The position numbers and the translations under genes are program-made. From assembly GCA_028534125.1 (NCBI GenBank), contig CM052816.1, positions 93,498,001 through 93,562,000 on the forward strand: DNA of 64,000 nt, read 5' to 3'. The notes beneath the pieces were generated by a model. The model had not been told where the DNA came from. It was given only the letters and a program-made list of their open reading frames with translations, and ran no database searches. The DNA comes from Lama glama. Its lineage: Eukaryota. Positions 27,470-41,295 of this stretch are shown one piece after another (position 1 is the stretch's first letter; each line of letters starts with the position of its first letter).

Positions 27470-27715
27470 AAAATGCCTACCATGGACTAGGTAGGCACTG
27501 TTATCTGTGACTATGTTATTCAATTGTTATAACAAACCTATGAGATAGTCTTGTTTTGTTTTGGCTTTTTTAAAAAAAAATTATTTTATAAATGAAGAAA
27601 CTGTCTCAGAAGTTGAAATAACCTGCCTAAATGCCCACCATGCAAATGTGGCTGAGCTGGGTTTTGCATTCAGATCTTTGACAGCAGATTCTATGATTTT
27701 CATTCTCCCAATGCA
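27470..27715 (-). mobile_element. MIR SINE
   Basis: 'attttataaatgaagaaactgtctcaga...aacctgcctaa...ggctgagctgggtttt'. Confidence 0.7.
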
Positions 27716-27839
27716 TTAAGGCTATTTGTCCTATTTCACATATTATGGATACTCCAGGAAGCCAAAATAACAACAGAGAGAAATATGATTTCCTATAGTT
27801 CTCCTCGCTGTTTAATTTCTTCCCCCAAGAAAAAGGATA

Positions 27840-27963
27840 ATCACCAAATTCCTCGGCTGCACACCAGCCCTCCGAATCCAGGTCTGTGGAAGGTGGAGCC
27901 TTGACTCTGCACGTTGAACAAGGTTCCCAGGTAATACTTGTGAATATAAGTTTAAGAACCACT
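27840..27963. mobile_element. MER5-like hAT MITE fragment
   Basis: 'aacaaggttcccaggtaat...aagtttaagaaccact' matches the MER5 end and TIR. Confidence 0.6.
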
Positions 27964-29619
27964 TTTCTATGGAATGTGAGGATGTGACTGATTGGGAGAG
28001 GCAGACGCCCCTTGTCTCTAGAATAATTATCATTAACACTAGTACAAATACTGATAGTCATCTAGCACTTGTGTATGGCTGATGTAGCCTCACAGGCTAG
28101 GTGAGCATCTAGCATCTAGGAGATATTTTAAAGATCACAAAGTATCTTCAAAGTATATTTAAATATATTTAAACATACCAAAATACCTTCCTTCCTGGTC
28201 AGCAAAGTAGTAAAATATCCACGCTAAAGATATTTTCTATTTCTTCTTCTTATTATTCCTCCTCCTCCTCCTTCTCCTCAATATTACTATTAGTCTCGAA
28301 GGTCTTATTCCAAATCTGTCTGCTCTTACATAATATTTGCTTGTGGAGCATTTGAAATTGCAAAACCCTGAGATTCAGTATTTTTTAAAAAAATGTGTCC
28401 ACTCCTGCAGTGTCATGAATGATCTGGCAATTTGGAGAACCACGGCAAATACACAAGACAAGTGAGCCATGACATCGTTGGACAGCATGCAGCCTGAACG
28501 TAAAGGTGGGGAAAGAAGAGGGGATGCTTCGTAGAGGCAGAGAGTGAAGCCAGGCAGCGGGCACACATTAAAGCTGAAGTCTGTGTTCTTTCTGGCTTTG
28601 CCCTAGCACAGACTCTGCTATCTGCAAGACACTCACTCACTCACATTCACTGTCTGACCTAGGATATAAATTCTCTTCCTGCTTCTAAGAAAAAACATGC
28701 CTGCACTGTAGAATATTTTTCTTGCAAGAAATTTTATAAAGAAATTGATTTCTTCTTTGCAAAGGAAGAGGAATTTACAGACAGAACGTAAAAATGGGCT
28801 CTTATTTTACCACCAGCTATTCATGTGAACCTAAGTGATTTCTGAAATGAATCATGCCTTTTAATTTCTTGATAATGATAATGAGAGCAATGATGCATAT
28901 TCTGTATAATGTATAAATAATACATAAATACCAATATATGTATCTATATAATTTACATTTTATATAATGTATCTTTGTATAATTTATATAAATGTATAAT
29001 ATACCATATGGCTCAAATACATTAACTCAATAAATTAGGAATTTTCAATGTTTTCATGGAGATTCACAACAGCTAATATTATATATTGTTTTCTTACCAT
29101 GGTACTCTATTCTCTAACTGAGAAATAGAATGTATTACAAAACATTTTAAATAAACAAATTACTCTGTAGTTTTAGGATGATCCAGTAGATTTTAGCATT
29201 TGGTTTCTTTCTCGATGACTTGGTACTACTAAGCAAAATTACAATTATTCTAAGATCAAACACAGTTTTGTCATGAACTGCTTTACATAGTTTATTGGGT
29301 TTGACAGATATTTTCAAAGCTAATTTAGTTTCCATTTATACTAAATACAGGCTGTGATGTGTTTCTAAATGGAGTATGTTTGACAGAAAAAGAGATAAAG
29401 TTCTAGGTTGGAAGGTATGGGGAAAAGCTGAGGTATGTACGAATGTATCCTGGGTACTAATACAAAGGAAGAAGAGAGTGAGAACAGGTATTAGATCCTT
29501 TCTCACCCACTTTGTATGTGTACGTTTGTAATGAAGAGAGAATATATGTGTCTCGTATTTCTGCTCTAAAGGAGATGCCCAGGCAATGAAGGAAACCAGC
29601 GGTTTTCATCGGTCACAGC

Positions 29620-29997
29620 TGTATTAGTACGGCTGGGCCACTTTGTGCTGTCGCACACAACCCCGAAATCTCAGTGGCCTGAAAGAACCCTGTTTGTTCC
29701 TCTTGCTCTCCATGTCTACCATGGGTCGGCAGGTGGCTCTGTTCTGTACTATACACAGTCTCACTTTGGGACAAAGTTGATGGACCCTTCACCATCCCAG
29801 ATTCTGCAGCATAAAGAAAGCATAGCCTGGGAGTAACGCACTGACAGCAAAATCCTTGGCTGAAAAGTTGTATGTTTTTTTCCCTCACGACTTGAACAAA
29901 ATTAGTTACATGGCTCAACAGGAGAGGAACCAGGAACTGAAATGCCTCCATGTCCCTGGAAGGAGAGGCAATATTTGCAACACTAGTGACTATCACA
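29620..29997 (-). mobile_element. Old MaLR solo LTR (MLT1K/L-like)
   Basis: 'tgtattagt...acaaccccgaaatctcagtggc...' to 'gtgactatcaca'. Confidence 0.7.
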
Positions 29998-32142
29998 GTA
30001 TTCTACTCATAGTCACCACCTTCTAGGATCGCTGAATCATCATGAAACCATTAGGTTAGGAAAATATTCTTTAATTAATTTTTTTCTCTTTGCAAAAATA
30101 TACTCCTAGAGTTGTAACTTTAAAACCCTATTCCTATGCTGAAAACTTTTGAAAAAGAAAAAATAAATTTATTATGCTGAACGGTAAGGTAACGAGTATA
30201 TAAAGAAAAATGAACTTGAGAAGCATTGAAACAAAATTAAAACTCTGTAGAGAGAAAGGTATATGGATATGTATATGCTCCCATCATGGAGTGATGTGCC
30301 AAGCATTTGAAAGGAAATTTTAGATCTTAAAACATTATTATCCTTTTTCATGAGAGCCAAAGCTGTATGATCTGACTTTCACTGTCAAAAAGCTATTAAT
30401 TTAAAAAATGTGAGGTACGAGTCATGATTATTTCTACAGGAGGGGATTTAGAAATTTTGTTGAGGTTATTTATCTTGCACAAGTTATCACTGTATATTTT
30501 ATACAACAGACATGGTACTTCTGTGTCCCAATTCAAAAGCAGTGTATGAAAGTGTATGTATACAAAATTTTTCCTTACCTGGAATTCATCTAACTAGTAC
30601 AAAAATTATTGTATATTCTTTGCTTTAAAAATAATTTTATCCATTTTAATTGAAAAATTATCCTCACGCAGAACACATGCATGGATCAATATCTTCACAC
30701 CTGTCTCTGTCTCTGTATCTATCTATTTATCTATCTATAAAAACAGAGTAAGAGAAGGAGAGAGGAGAAAAGGGGAGATTGAATGAAAGAAGAGACCAAA
30801 TAATAGACTGAAATATTGAGGTAGTGAATATAATTCCTCACTAGCATGCTTTTTGACCTTGCACAGCACATCTTAAAGTATATTTTTTCTCTTTAAAATG
30901 TACATGAGTTGTGGGCTCACATTAATATGTGATATATGGAAGTATGTTAATACTAAGACACTATGCAAAAATTAGCTTGTAGCAACTGCACAATACTCTA
31001 GGATTAATGGAAAAGCTCAGATTGGGTGATTGGACAAGGTTCAATTAGCTGTATTTACTTTTGACATAGAATAGAAGTGTCCCATAGGAGTATAAGATAC
31101 CAGAAATTATACCCAATCAAAGTGGCTTATCGAAATTTGCTAACTCTGCCGGGAGAGAATGTAAGTTGGCATTTCTCCCAGACTTTCCACTTTTTCAGGA
31201 CTTATTTTCTGAATGGGAAGTGAAAAGAGTATGTTGGATAATAAGTTTATTATCCATTAGTTTTCATTTTCCTACTTTTAACATATATGACGTACAGATC
31301 AACTTAGTAAATTGGACTTTAAAAAAAAATTCACAGCTCTCTATTGTGAAAGAAGACACCTTAGACCACTGACTGTCATTTTTTTTTGTTCATCTTGTCA
31401 GTTTGATTTTAAAAATGGCTTCTCTAAGAATTATGTTCTGTCTTTTCTATGTCAATTCCAAATTAGCACACAACAAATACTGAACTATCATGAATCCAAG
31501 TAGATAATGAAAACCTATATCTATATGATATATATAAACTCTCCAGAGGCTAATTCTAAGTTTTCATTAAATAAATAAGAAATTCCTTCCTGAAAAAGGT
31601 GGCTTTTGATGAGAACTTTGAAAGGTGAATAAGAAGAAAATTTCAGGGGTCAAATATTAGAGGACGTCTCAACAGTGATGAAGGTGGGAAAATTTAGGAA
31701 ATTACTTATTATTCAATCTGACTGAGAAATAGAAAAATTGAAAAGAACCATATTAAAGTTGAGTTCCGTGTTCAGATCTGGTTTTCATGAGATTGGCAAT
31801 AGAGAACTATAGAACATTTTGGAAAGGGAAGTAACTTGATTAAAATGGCCCATGGTGCTTTGCGTATTCCTTAACCAGTGGGTTTTTGCTAGAATGAGTA
31901 CAAGAACTGTGCTACTTTGGTTTATAGATCTTCGGCTGTTGTGTATCATGAGACCTCTTACATAACAGCCTCTCAACTAACACTTGTTGAATGCTGAACA
32001 AAGAAAGACTATTCTAATGATTATGTAGAAGATGGATTCAGGTGGTGGACATAGAAATTGAGGACAACTCATAGAGTGCTCAAGCTATGTGTTTTTGAAA
32101 AGGAAGGACATAGTAAAATATAGAAAATGTCTTTGTCTAAAG

Positions 32143-32335
32143 TTGTGTTAAATATGGTAGCCAATAACTGTACAAGTCATTTTAATTAAAATTAAATTAA
32201 ATTAAAAATTCTACAGCACAGTCACACTAGACAACTGTAAGTTTTCAATAGCCATACATGGCTAATGGCTACCACATTGGGCAGGCCGGATATAGAACAT
32301 TTTCATATCACAGTAGGTTTTATTGGACAGTGCTT
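32143..32335 (-). mobile_element. MER3-like hAT MITE
   Basis: 'aatatggtagcca...catggctaatggctaccacattgg...gatatagaacattt...tattggacagtgct'; flanking 8-mers gtctaaag/gtctagaa. Confidence 0.8.
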
Positions 32336-33589
32336 GTCTAGAAAACCCTTTTGAATGACTCAGCCCTTTTGTAACATAGTTCATAACTTATAACTACTCT
32401 TGTTTAATGTATCGTGTCTGTTTAAAAATATTGCTAGATTATGCTATCTCAAGCAAAGTGAAAGTATTTTAGATATTCACAAAACACAGAAAAAACTAAA
32501 AATATTTCCTTTTTGATATGATGAAACAAAGGCACCAACTAAATGACGCTCGTTTCATTTGGATTAAGGATGCACTCTTAGAATGACCATATCACTTGTG
32601 AATATTTTGTGAATTTTCACTTATCTGTATATTGATGACTGCTAAGAAGACAGCAATTATCTTTTACATGTGCCAAAAAAAAAGTCAATTCAGAGGAAAC
32701 ACCAGGTTATAAGGATACATATTGATAGGAACAGAAAACGTTGAGTAATAACAGTAGTTTGGAAAAGTTTTTCTGCCTTTAACAGTTTTCTTTTGCTTTT
32801 AGTAAAGCAGCTAAATAGAGAAGGAGAGTAATAGACACGTGTATGTGTGTAACACCCCTATGTCTGATCAGGCTTTTGGCCCCAGACAGACTGAGAGTAG
32901 TAATTATATACTTCTCAGTTGATTTGGATACGGAAGTAAAGTCACTACAAGGCTATGTTTACACTTCAGCAAGATTATGTTTTGGCAGAAATAAGATAAA
33001 AAGCTTGCATTTTGATAGCATGCATGTGAGGCATGTGTAGGTAATAAAGAGGTGTAAGAAAATATGAGTCCAAGTCTGTTAATTCTTAATCCAGTTCATC
33101 CCATTTTCTGTGGCCATTTCTAACCCATGTAAAGAGAAGCCAAATTATAGCACGAATTCCAGCTTATTTTCCTCCCAGGATATCTGCTTCCAGCCCAAAT
33201 TCTCAGCATGCCAGAATCAACTTCCACCTAATTTGTTATCATGTATCTTCCTTCTCTTTCATTTAATGGGAAAAAAAATGAGCATATTTGTCTTGCCACA
33301 AGACATAATTATAGAAGCAATCTGAAAGAAAAAAAATACAAACAGATTATAAATAGTATATTCAGTCTAAAAGTATAATCAGAGAGATTTGAAAATTTCT
33401 AGCTACCCTGATTAAGGTTTCATTTTATCACCTTCAGATATAGACACTTAACTCTTTCATGTTCACTCTTATTTAGGACTTTAGAAGCCATAATTCAGTT
33501 TCTAAGTATGTATCAGGATAGAAAATCATAAAATACAAATCCATTCCTTTATCAAATAAATGTTTCTGTGATTTCTCTGTGCCGTGTGA

Positions 33590-33930
33590 TGGGCTAATCC
33601 CAAAATCACACAGCCAGTAGTTGGTAGAACTGAGAAACAAATTCGATCCATTTAATGTCCAGGCTACTAACTCTTGGCCCCTAAGACATACAAACTGGTT
33701 TGTTTAATCATGATGCTGAAGGGTCAGAGAAATCTGAGTTTCATGCAGAGCCTGCTGTTTCCTAGACTTGAAGTTTTAGACAACTTGCTCTGTTTTACGA
33801 AGACTCAGATTCCTCACCTGGAAAGCGGTAATAATTATAATACCTACCTTAGACGATTATTGTTTGACTAAGTTAACTCATAGTCAGAGTTGTAACTGTA
33901 AAAGGATTTGATAAGTGTAATCTGTTATTA
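33590..33930. mobile_element. Two MIR fragments in opposite orientation
   Basis: 'tcacacagccagtagttggtagaactg' (-) and 'ctcagattcctcacctggaaag...aatacctacctta' (+). Confidence 0.55.
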
Positions 33931-34049
33931 TTCCTTTAATATGGAAAAATTCAAGTAGGGAATAGTGGAAAACTTATTTAATGTCTTTTTTGGGGAAGCC
34001 TTTGCTTCTTTCCTTTCTTTTATATGATTCTAATAAGGTTGACATTATA

Positions 34050-35200
34050 GGTAGACACCCCTCAACCAGTCCATGGGAAAGAGAATATGGCTCTAACCTT
34101 GTTAGTTATAAGCTTTTATATTTCTGAAAACAGTGATCAATGAAAGAGTGGGCATATGACTCAGATAAAGTGAATCTAAGTCTTTCTTTGGTAAGAAAAT
34201 AAGGAGATAATTGACCTCTCCTTCATCTAGGATTGCTAAGGTGAGGGAATGTGAATGAGAAACTCTCAAGCATCTATCTGTATTACTCCCTGAGGATAGT
34301 GTACATTCAGAATTAATTTTAAAAGAGCTAAGAAACAGGAGAGTGAGTCCCAGTGGTGTTGAATTCTACTTTCAGTTCCTAAAGCCGTGTTTACTTTAGT
34401 TCTTCCAAGTGTTCATCATAAATATGTGAACTAATCCTCTAGCTTAAAATATTATAGGTTCTTATACCTGAAAATAAAATGGTCTTAACCAATTTAAACA
34501 CTGGAACCAGGAGAGAGTATTATAAGTGTGATGTACTAAAATGTAAAGCTCTTTAAACAGTGGTGTTGTGGAGAATTTCCATGTGGTTGGGGTTACTGGA
34601 TACCTTTGCTAAATGTTAGCAAAGTTCAACAGTTGCTCAATTCTTGGAACTTAGAAAATACAGTCTCAAAAGTTGAAGCTTTAGTGGATTTGGCCAAAAA
34701 TTACTCAGGGTGTTGGCGTGTTTGGGTAGTATTTATCATCATTAGCAAGAATTTGAATAAAAGGACATGCTTTAGTAGATTCCTGTCCATTTGAAGGCAT
34801 ACAAGAAATGACATAAAGCTTTGATATGCACGAATCTTTCAAGGCTACTGCTCAAGATGGCAAGATGTCAGATTATTCATGGGTCTTCCATCATTATAAA
34901 GCTTAATTACTCATTTCTTGGTGCAAATTAGTAGAACTCAAGGCAGGGAAATGGAAAATACAGTAGGATAAGAAGCCAGAAAAAAAATAGGTGAAATGTG
35001 ATCCTGCAGGCCCTTCACAAACACTGTCTGCTATGCACAAGTTTCCAAGGACAGTACTATTTATTGTGAGACAGTTTGGAGCAGAGTTCAGTCAATATGT
35101 CCTTACCCCCTGGCGTATTGTACGTAGGGCAAGATGGAAGTATTTCAGGTGAAGTTTTACAACTGAGGGATGGTAGGGTTTCATGAGAATTGAATATAAA
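34050..35200 (+). mobile_element. Highly decayed MaLR LTR plus internal sequence
   Basis: LTR-like end 'ggtcttaaccaattta' followed by 'actggaaccaggaga' (int start typically tggtaccaggag); weak similarity only. Confidence 0.35.
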
Positions 35201-37638
35201 ATAATTACATCACTACTTTTAGAACAGCGTACTCAAGATATGTCAGATAATAAAATAATGTGTTAATATGGATAAAGCTCCAATGTCTCTTGCTAAAGAT
35301 AGAAACAGAAAATTTTTGTTTTTCTTCTTCCCAATATCCCTTACTTTGGGGACCCCTGTGACTGAGGTGGGGCTGTAATTCCCATAGTGAATTCCACTAC
35401 AATATAGAAAAGTGGCCAGCATAAGGCAATGCCAGTCACCTGGCAGTAGTAATGGGGGTAAGGGTGGCAGACAGACCCTGGAATCAAGAGGTTTTTTTCC
35501 CTTCAGCTGGGCTGCTAAATTTGGAGAATCCAAAGGTCAGGTTACTGATAGCTTCTTTCTCTTCTCTATGAAGAAATCTTGTCTGTAGAATTAAGTCCAA
35601 AGGCAGAAGCAGAGGTAAGAGCCAGCTCAAGGGAGACAGGCATTTGTTGGCAGTGACTCCTCATTTTGGTACCTATGATGTGGTTCCTGCAGACCTTTCT
35701 TTGATCATGTGACCTACCTGAACATTGGTCTTTAGAAAACAGTTTCTCTTGTTTTCTATCATTATTTATATAAATATAAGTCATCGCCAATGAGTTCCTG
35801 TTATTGGCTATGTTAAAGTCTGAACAAATATGGATGGCAAGGCATTCACATGTGAAAAATTAACCTACATTACAAAGAAGTGTATAAAACTCGATTAATG
35901 TGCAAGATGGTACTAGAGGCTTTTGCATCCTGTGGACTAAAGTCACGTAGGAGGCATCAAGGAGGTTGCAGAACTTAATGTTGGCTTGGGACATTAAGAT
36001 AAGGAAAGAAGAGCATAGGGACATCTATTAAGGCTTCAAAGAAGAGACTGTGAGGTTCTCTGTGTTCAAGGAGCTGCCAGTGACAAGGCATAGTGACTCC
36101 AACTGTCCCCAATTAAGAATAAATGAATTTCCCACTTCAAAGTCTCCAAGGAAAACTAGGAGGAGAGAAACCACCCATCTCTAACTAGCTAACCTCAAAT
36201 GGTACCACCCTTTGTATCCACAATTGGCAGGACCATTTCCACTAGTTAACACTATTCTTAGTGCACTCAGCCCATTCTCAGTTACGAGATGAGTGTTTGA
36301 GAGGAATTCATGATACATTCACTCTTTCATCTCAGTTCAGTGACTTGGTGAAATATTATGCTTCTTTTAATGAATAAAGAGCCACAAAAGCATCAAGCTT
36401 ACCACAATGACCCCAGAGAACTTAGGGGTAAAGTATTTGGGAATAAGTCAATGTCGTGAACCTCAATGGAGTAGATTGATCCCTTAAAAAAAAAAAGGAG
36501 AGAAGAATGATGATTGAGTGTGATACCTGTTGAGGGGCAGCTGGCAGAGATGACCTGCCCTCTTTCACACCCTGAGCTTATTCACTTAGCCTGTACGGTC
36601 TCCATATAGGGAGGTTCCAGAAGGAGACAGTGGGTCAAAATTCTAGATGCAGTGAAGACTATATTTTCTGAAGCTTTAGTTGGCAGAAGATAAGTTCTAT
36701 AGTTTTGGTCATTTGTCAAGTTTGCTGCTGCATATGTATTTAAATTTGGCTGTTGCCTGGTCTCAGTCAAAATGAATTATGCACCAACTTTGGGAAGGCA
36801 GTGGTGAGAGTAGGAATTGTTCGAGTGTTTACAATAAACCCAATTTATGCTCAACCATTTTAAGTTTTGAGTATACTTAACTGCTGACCAAGATTTCCTG
36901 TGGGAAATAAAGAAGAAAAAAAAACAATGAAGCTATTGTATTGTTGATAAACTTGTTATGATATCCCAACTGGGAGGAACTTCTTAAAGTACACAATGTG
37001 ATTATGTTTGTCATTTATTAATTAAGCAATTACTACATGCCAGGCGTTTGGGGTGATAATAAAACAAATATCTATGAGGTGAATATTTTAAAAATCTATT
37101 TTAGATAAGATGAAATTGGGGCAAAATGGTTAATGCAATTACCAAATTCACACAATGAATAAACACAGAACCAGAGCCAAACCCCCTCTCCTTTGGATTT
37201 GGTTAAGATTTAAGATATGTTTTGAAAGAGTAGTTGAAAGAATTGACAGATGAATTGGTTTGGGGATGACAAAGTATGAGAAAGTATGAAAAATGACAAA
37301 AAGATTTTTTTGGCTTGAGCAGCTGAACATTGGCGTTATTTCTTTGAGTTATGGGGAAACTTGGCAAGTTTTATCTTAACAGGAAATGAGGAATTCATAT
37401 TTTATGTTACATTTCAAGTGTCTATTAAATATTAAATGGAGATGACATAGAGAAATTTGGCTATAGGTCTTCTCAATGTGTGGGAAAACTCAAGGCTGAG
37501 GATGTAAATTTGAATGTCATTGATTAAAAAATATTACGTTTAATCTGCAGAGGATTTCTGCAGTGCCAGAATCAGATTGCAGGAGAGAAGGACCAGTGCA
37601 CTGACCTTGTGACTCCCCAGCTTTCTGAGCTCACGAAG

Positions 37639-37980
37639 TATTATTGATTGCATTGTGCTCCCCCGCCCCTCAATTTATGTGTTGAAGCCCGAACCTCCAA
37701 AGTGACCGCACTTGGAGACAGGGCCATAAAGGAGATAATGAAGGCTAATGAGGTCATAAGGGTGGTGTCCTAACAAGAAAAAGAAGAAGAGACATAAATA
37801 AAAGGCCATTTGAGGACACAGGGAGAAGTCGGCCATCTACAAGCCAGGAAGAGGGGCTTCAGGAGAAAACAAATCCGGCAAAACCTCAATCTCACATTTT
37901 CAACCTCTGTAACTATGAGAAATCCATTTATGGTGTTTAAGTCACCCAGTGTGTGGTGCTTTGTCATGGCAGCCCTAGAG
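37639..37980 (+). mobile_element. MaLR solo LTR (MLT1A/B-like)
   Basis: 'tgaggtcataagggtgg...gaggacacagggagaagtcggccatctacaagccag...gtcatggcagccctag'. Confidence 0.9.
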
Positions 37981-38123
37981 TCCTCAAGTCCAAGAAGAAT
38001 GACACAGAAATAGCCTCTGAAGAGGCAGAGGGGAAACTGGCCACGGGCTGCGTCCCAGAAGCCAAGTCAAAGCAGTGTCTGCAGGAGAGAATGATCAACC
38101 TCGTCAAACGCTGCCGAGAGAAC

Positions 38124-38712
38124 TGACCCGCGGGGGACTTACAGTGGCTCCCAGCTTGGCTGAATTTCAGACAGGCTTCTTCCTGAATCCAGGCCCTTGA
38201 CCTCCCTTCTCTTAAAGCATTTACTTTAGAGAACTGGTAGCAGTAAATTCTTCCTCTGTCCCTTTAAGATGTAAACCTTTTTAAAAGCATCTAGCCAGTG
38301 TTATACCCCCAGAATGTCCTCCTCAAAAACATGGGAGCCATCCCTCCAAAATGTCATTATCAAGGAATATGGTGCCTCTATTCCCCAGTTGTTTTTTTTT
38401 TTTTTTGGAGAATAGGAGCTTAGCTTCCATGGGCACCAATTAGCAAACACAGATGGTTTAATCACAGAGTGAAAATATTTACAAACTCAAGAATAACTCA
38501 ATGTGCTTAGTACATCCCACTATTAACCTTAAGCCTAACTTTCTCTAGGATTTTTCCAGTAGCTCACTCCAGCAATTAAACTTTCCCTGACCTTTTGTTT
38601 CAGTAGAGTTGAGTTGAGACTTCAGTTTTAGCCTCCCTCTTCTATTGCGGTATTCCCGACTGACAACTTCATTGCTTGTTTAACTTTTTCTGGTGCATTT
38701 TTTGTTAGGACA
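38124..38712 (+). mobile_element. ERV1 solo LTR, MER31-like
   Basis: TG...CA termini; 'agacaggcttcttcctga...gcatttactttaga...gggagccatccct...ccaattagcaaacacagatgg'. Confidence 0.75.
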
Positions 38713-40379
38713 GGATGAATAAGGTGAAGATTGAGGACTGATCATTGGCTTTGCCAACATGAATGTCATTGGTGAACTATAGGTTTAGGTTTATAAATTT
38801 AATGAATAAAATACATTCAGAATCACCGTACATGGTTGATATGAAGAAATTAGTTCACTGGTTTCAATGCCAATATCTCTCTAGTTTAGGATTGATATAG
38901 TTACTTCCCCTTGATCCTCCTACAGATTTTAGCTATTTGAAACTAAGAATAATAGCATAAGCTGTTTAAATACTTAAGTGTGGAGTTGGTTATTCAAGTA
39001 CAAATGGTTACATTTAATTTTTTAAATTTAAGGGCAGAAATCTACTGAAGGTAAAATAAATGTTCTAGCCTGCGAAATCTGATTTACTGTCCCAAGGAAG
39101 GAGGGATCTTTAGGCCATTTTACCAGCATCCTCTGAAGCATTTTTTAAAGCTCATTAGGAAAATTCGATTTCTTTTTCTTCTTAGTGCTTTTTTTTTGTC
39201 ATATAGTTCTTTTATGCAAATATGTCTGGTTGACATTTTGATGACCAATTTAGGCAAGACCTACACACTGATGTCAAAGAAGTGGAGGTTTTCAAAACTC
39301 AGTGCTCAGCTTGGGGATTTGCAAACAAATCACCAAGCAGTATCTAAAATTACCTTTGCTATTTGGAAAATGACTGTTAGCTTACACTATACTCAGAAGT
39401 GAAAATTGCTAATTACATAGAAATATTTCAACTTAATGAGGTAAGAAAATGTAGTCGGTTTCTTTCTCTTACTATCTTTTTTCCCCCCTGCTGACTTGAT
39501 GTCCTAATTTACTTAAGAATTTTCTCTCTTGTCTCTAGACTGAAAGTGTCCAATGAGTATTTGCTAGAAAAATCACTAGAATTTGTATAGGTTAAATATT
39601 TACAAACTGCCTTTCCTTTCAAGATCTTAAATTCATCCTTTCTTTTCTCCTGTCCAAAGAAGTACAAGATTATTGAGGAAAAGTCTGGAAATGCATAAAA
39701 GCAGAAAGAAAGAAAGAAACAAGAACACTGAAAATGCCCTGAGCCACAGATTAACTACTGAGAATGTGCTACTGCATTCAAGCCAAGATGGTAATGGACC
39801 TTCACATTCTGAATGCTCCAAGAGCATGATGATGATGGCTGGAAATTAAAAGAGAACATTAATGAAGACATGTATACTATAAATTTAATACAAACATCTT
39901 TGTGTAACAGAATTAAAAAATAAACAAAAAATTTTGTGAAAAGTAAAGCTATGAGGCTATTGGGATTGGAATTACAACTGAGCAGCTGAAAATTTGGACT
40001 TCTTGGGAAAACGAGAGTAAGAGCTCCATTTGATCAAGTCTCACTGCTTAGAATCAGTTGCTGGAGTGGGGCTCACCCAGTATTGGAGTTATATAATCTA
40101 TGTCCCGAGGGAGAAAGGAAATAACAAAATAGCACATCTTTCTACTCTTTGGGTTAGTGGTTTGATGCCTATATACTCAATGTCACCAGAGTGCAAGAGT
40201 CCTCAGCTATCCAAAAATAGATTTAGTTCTAAACTAGGGCGGTGAGAAGTGGAGAGAAAGGAAGGGAGAGAGAGAGAGAATGAGGAAGACTGAGAGACAG
40301 CACTCACATTCTCACTCCATGTGAATCTTAAATCCACCAAAAAAAAAAAAAATCAGTAAAATATAAGACAAAATATAGC

Positions 40380-40945
40380 AGAGAACAACAAGATAGTGCA
40401 TGAAAATAAAAAGAATTAATATGAGATACTACAATGGGAAAATATATTTATTTAAATAAAATTTAATGGGTTGATAAACTCCAAGCTGAATAAAATCAAT
40501 GTTAGAATAAATGAATAAAATCATATTTGGTAATTAGCTAAGAATCTAGTAAGAACCCTCCTCCCCGACACATACACATGCACACACACACATACACACA
40601 CACAAATGCATACACATACTAGAAAAGCTAATATTAAGCAACAGAGAAAACAGAAAGGGAAAAGTTTCAGTATTCATATAATTAGATTTCCTAAAGAGAA
40701 GAAATGGCATAGAATCAATATTTGTTCAAAACCAAACAATTATTTAAAATTTAGAAAGATTTAACCTTTTACACTGACAACAAAATTTTCATCTACAAAA
40801 AAAATGATGTTAGAAGATGGTAGCATAGTATCTCCCAAGTTCTCAAAGGATAGTAGACGTTTGTCCCAGCTAAGCTAGCATCAATGGGTGGGCACAAAAG
40901 GGCATTTCAGAATCAAAAAGACTAAGATAGTTTTTATTCACAAAA
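40380..40945 (+). mobile_element. Decayed L1 ORF1/HAL1-like fragment with (CA)n near 40569-40618
   Basis: A-rich sense strand; 'attcatataattagatttcctaaagagaag' and 'cccagctaagctagcatcaa' resemble the ORF1 motifs IIGVPE and YPAKLS. Confidence 0.45.
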
Positions 40946-40989
40946 TTTTAGAATTATTGCTCCGTTTAAAACTGAATCCTTACCCACTT

Positions 40990-41295
40990 GTTTACTTTCA
41001 TATTGATTCGTACTTCTTTATAGCACTAATCACTGTAATATATTAGAATACATTTATCATATTTCTACATTAAGTTATACTACACTATTTGCTTTGTTTT
41101 TTGCACCTTTTTTTCCCACTAGAATGCAAGGCAAGTCATTTATATATTATAAATATAAATGTATATTTATAGAATGTGGAATATATAAAGTTATATTTAC
41201 ATTAAGTATATTTATAAATATAAATATTAAATGTTCAAGATCAGAGACTTTATAAATTTATTTTTGCTGTTAGGCACTCAAAAATGTGTTTTAAA
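40990..41295 (+). mobile_element. L2 3' tail fragment with AT-rich insert
   Basis: 'ttcccactagaatgcaag' ... 'taggcactcaaaaatgtg'. Confidence 0.5.

Larger units (their letters stand above)
37005..38780 (-). mobile_element. L2 LINE interrupted by two LTRs
   Basis: 'tttttggcttgagcagctg', 'ggctgaggatgtaaatttg', 'tcccagaagccaag', 'ggctttgccaacatgaatgtcattggtga' are colinear L2 segments around the inserts. Confidence 0.75.
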
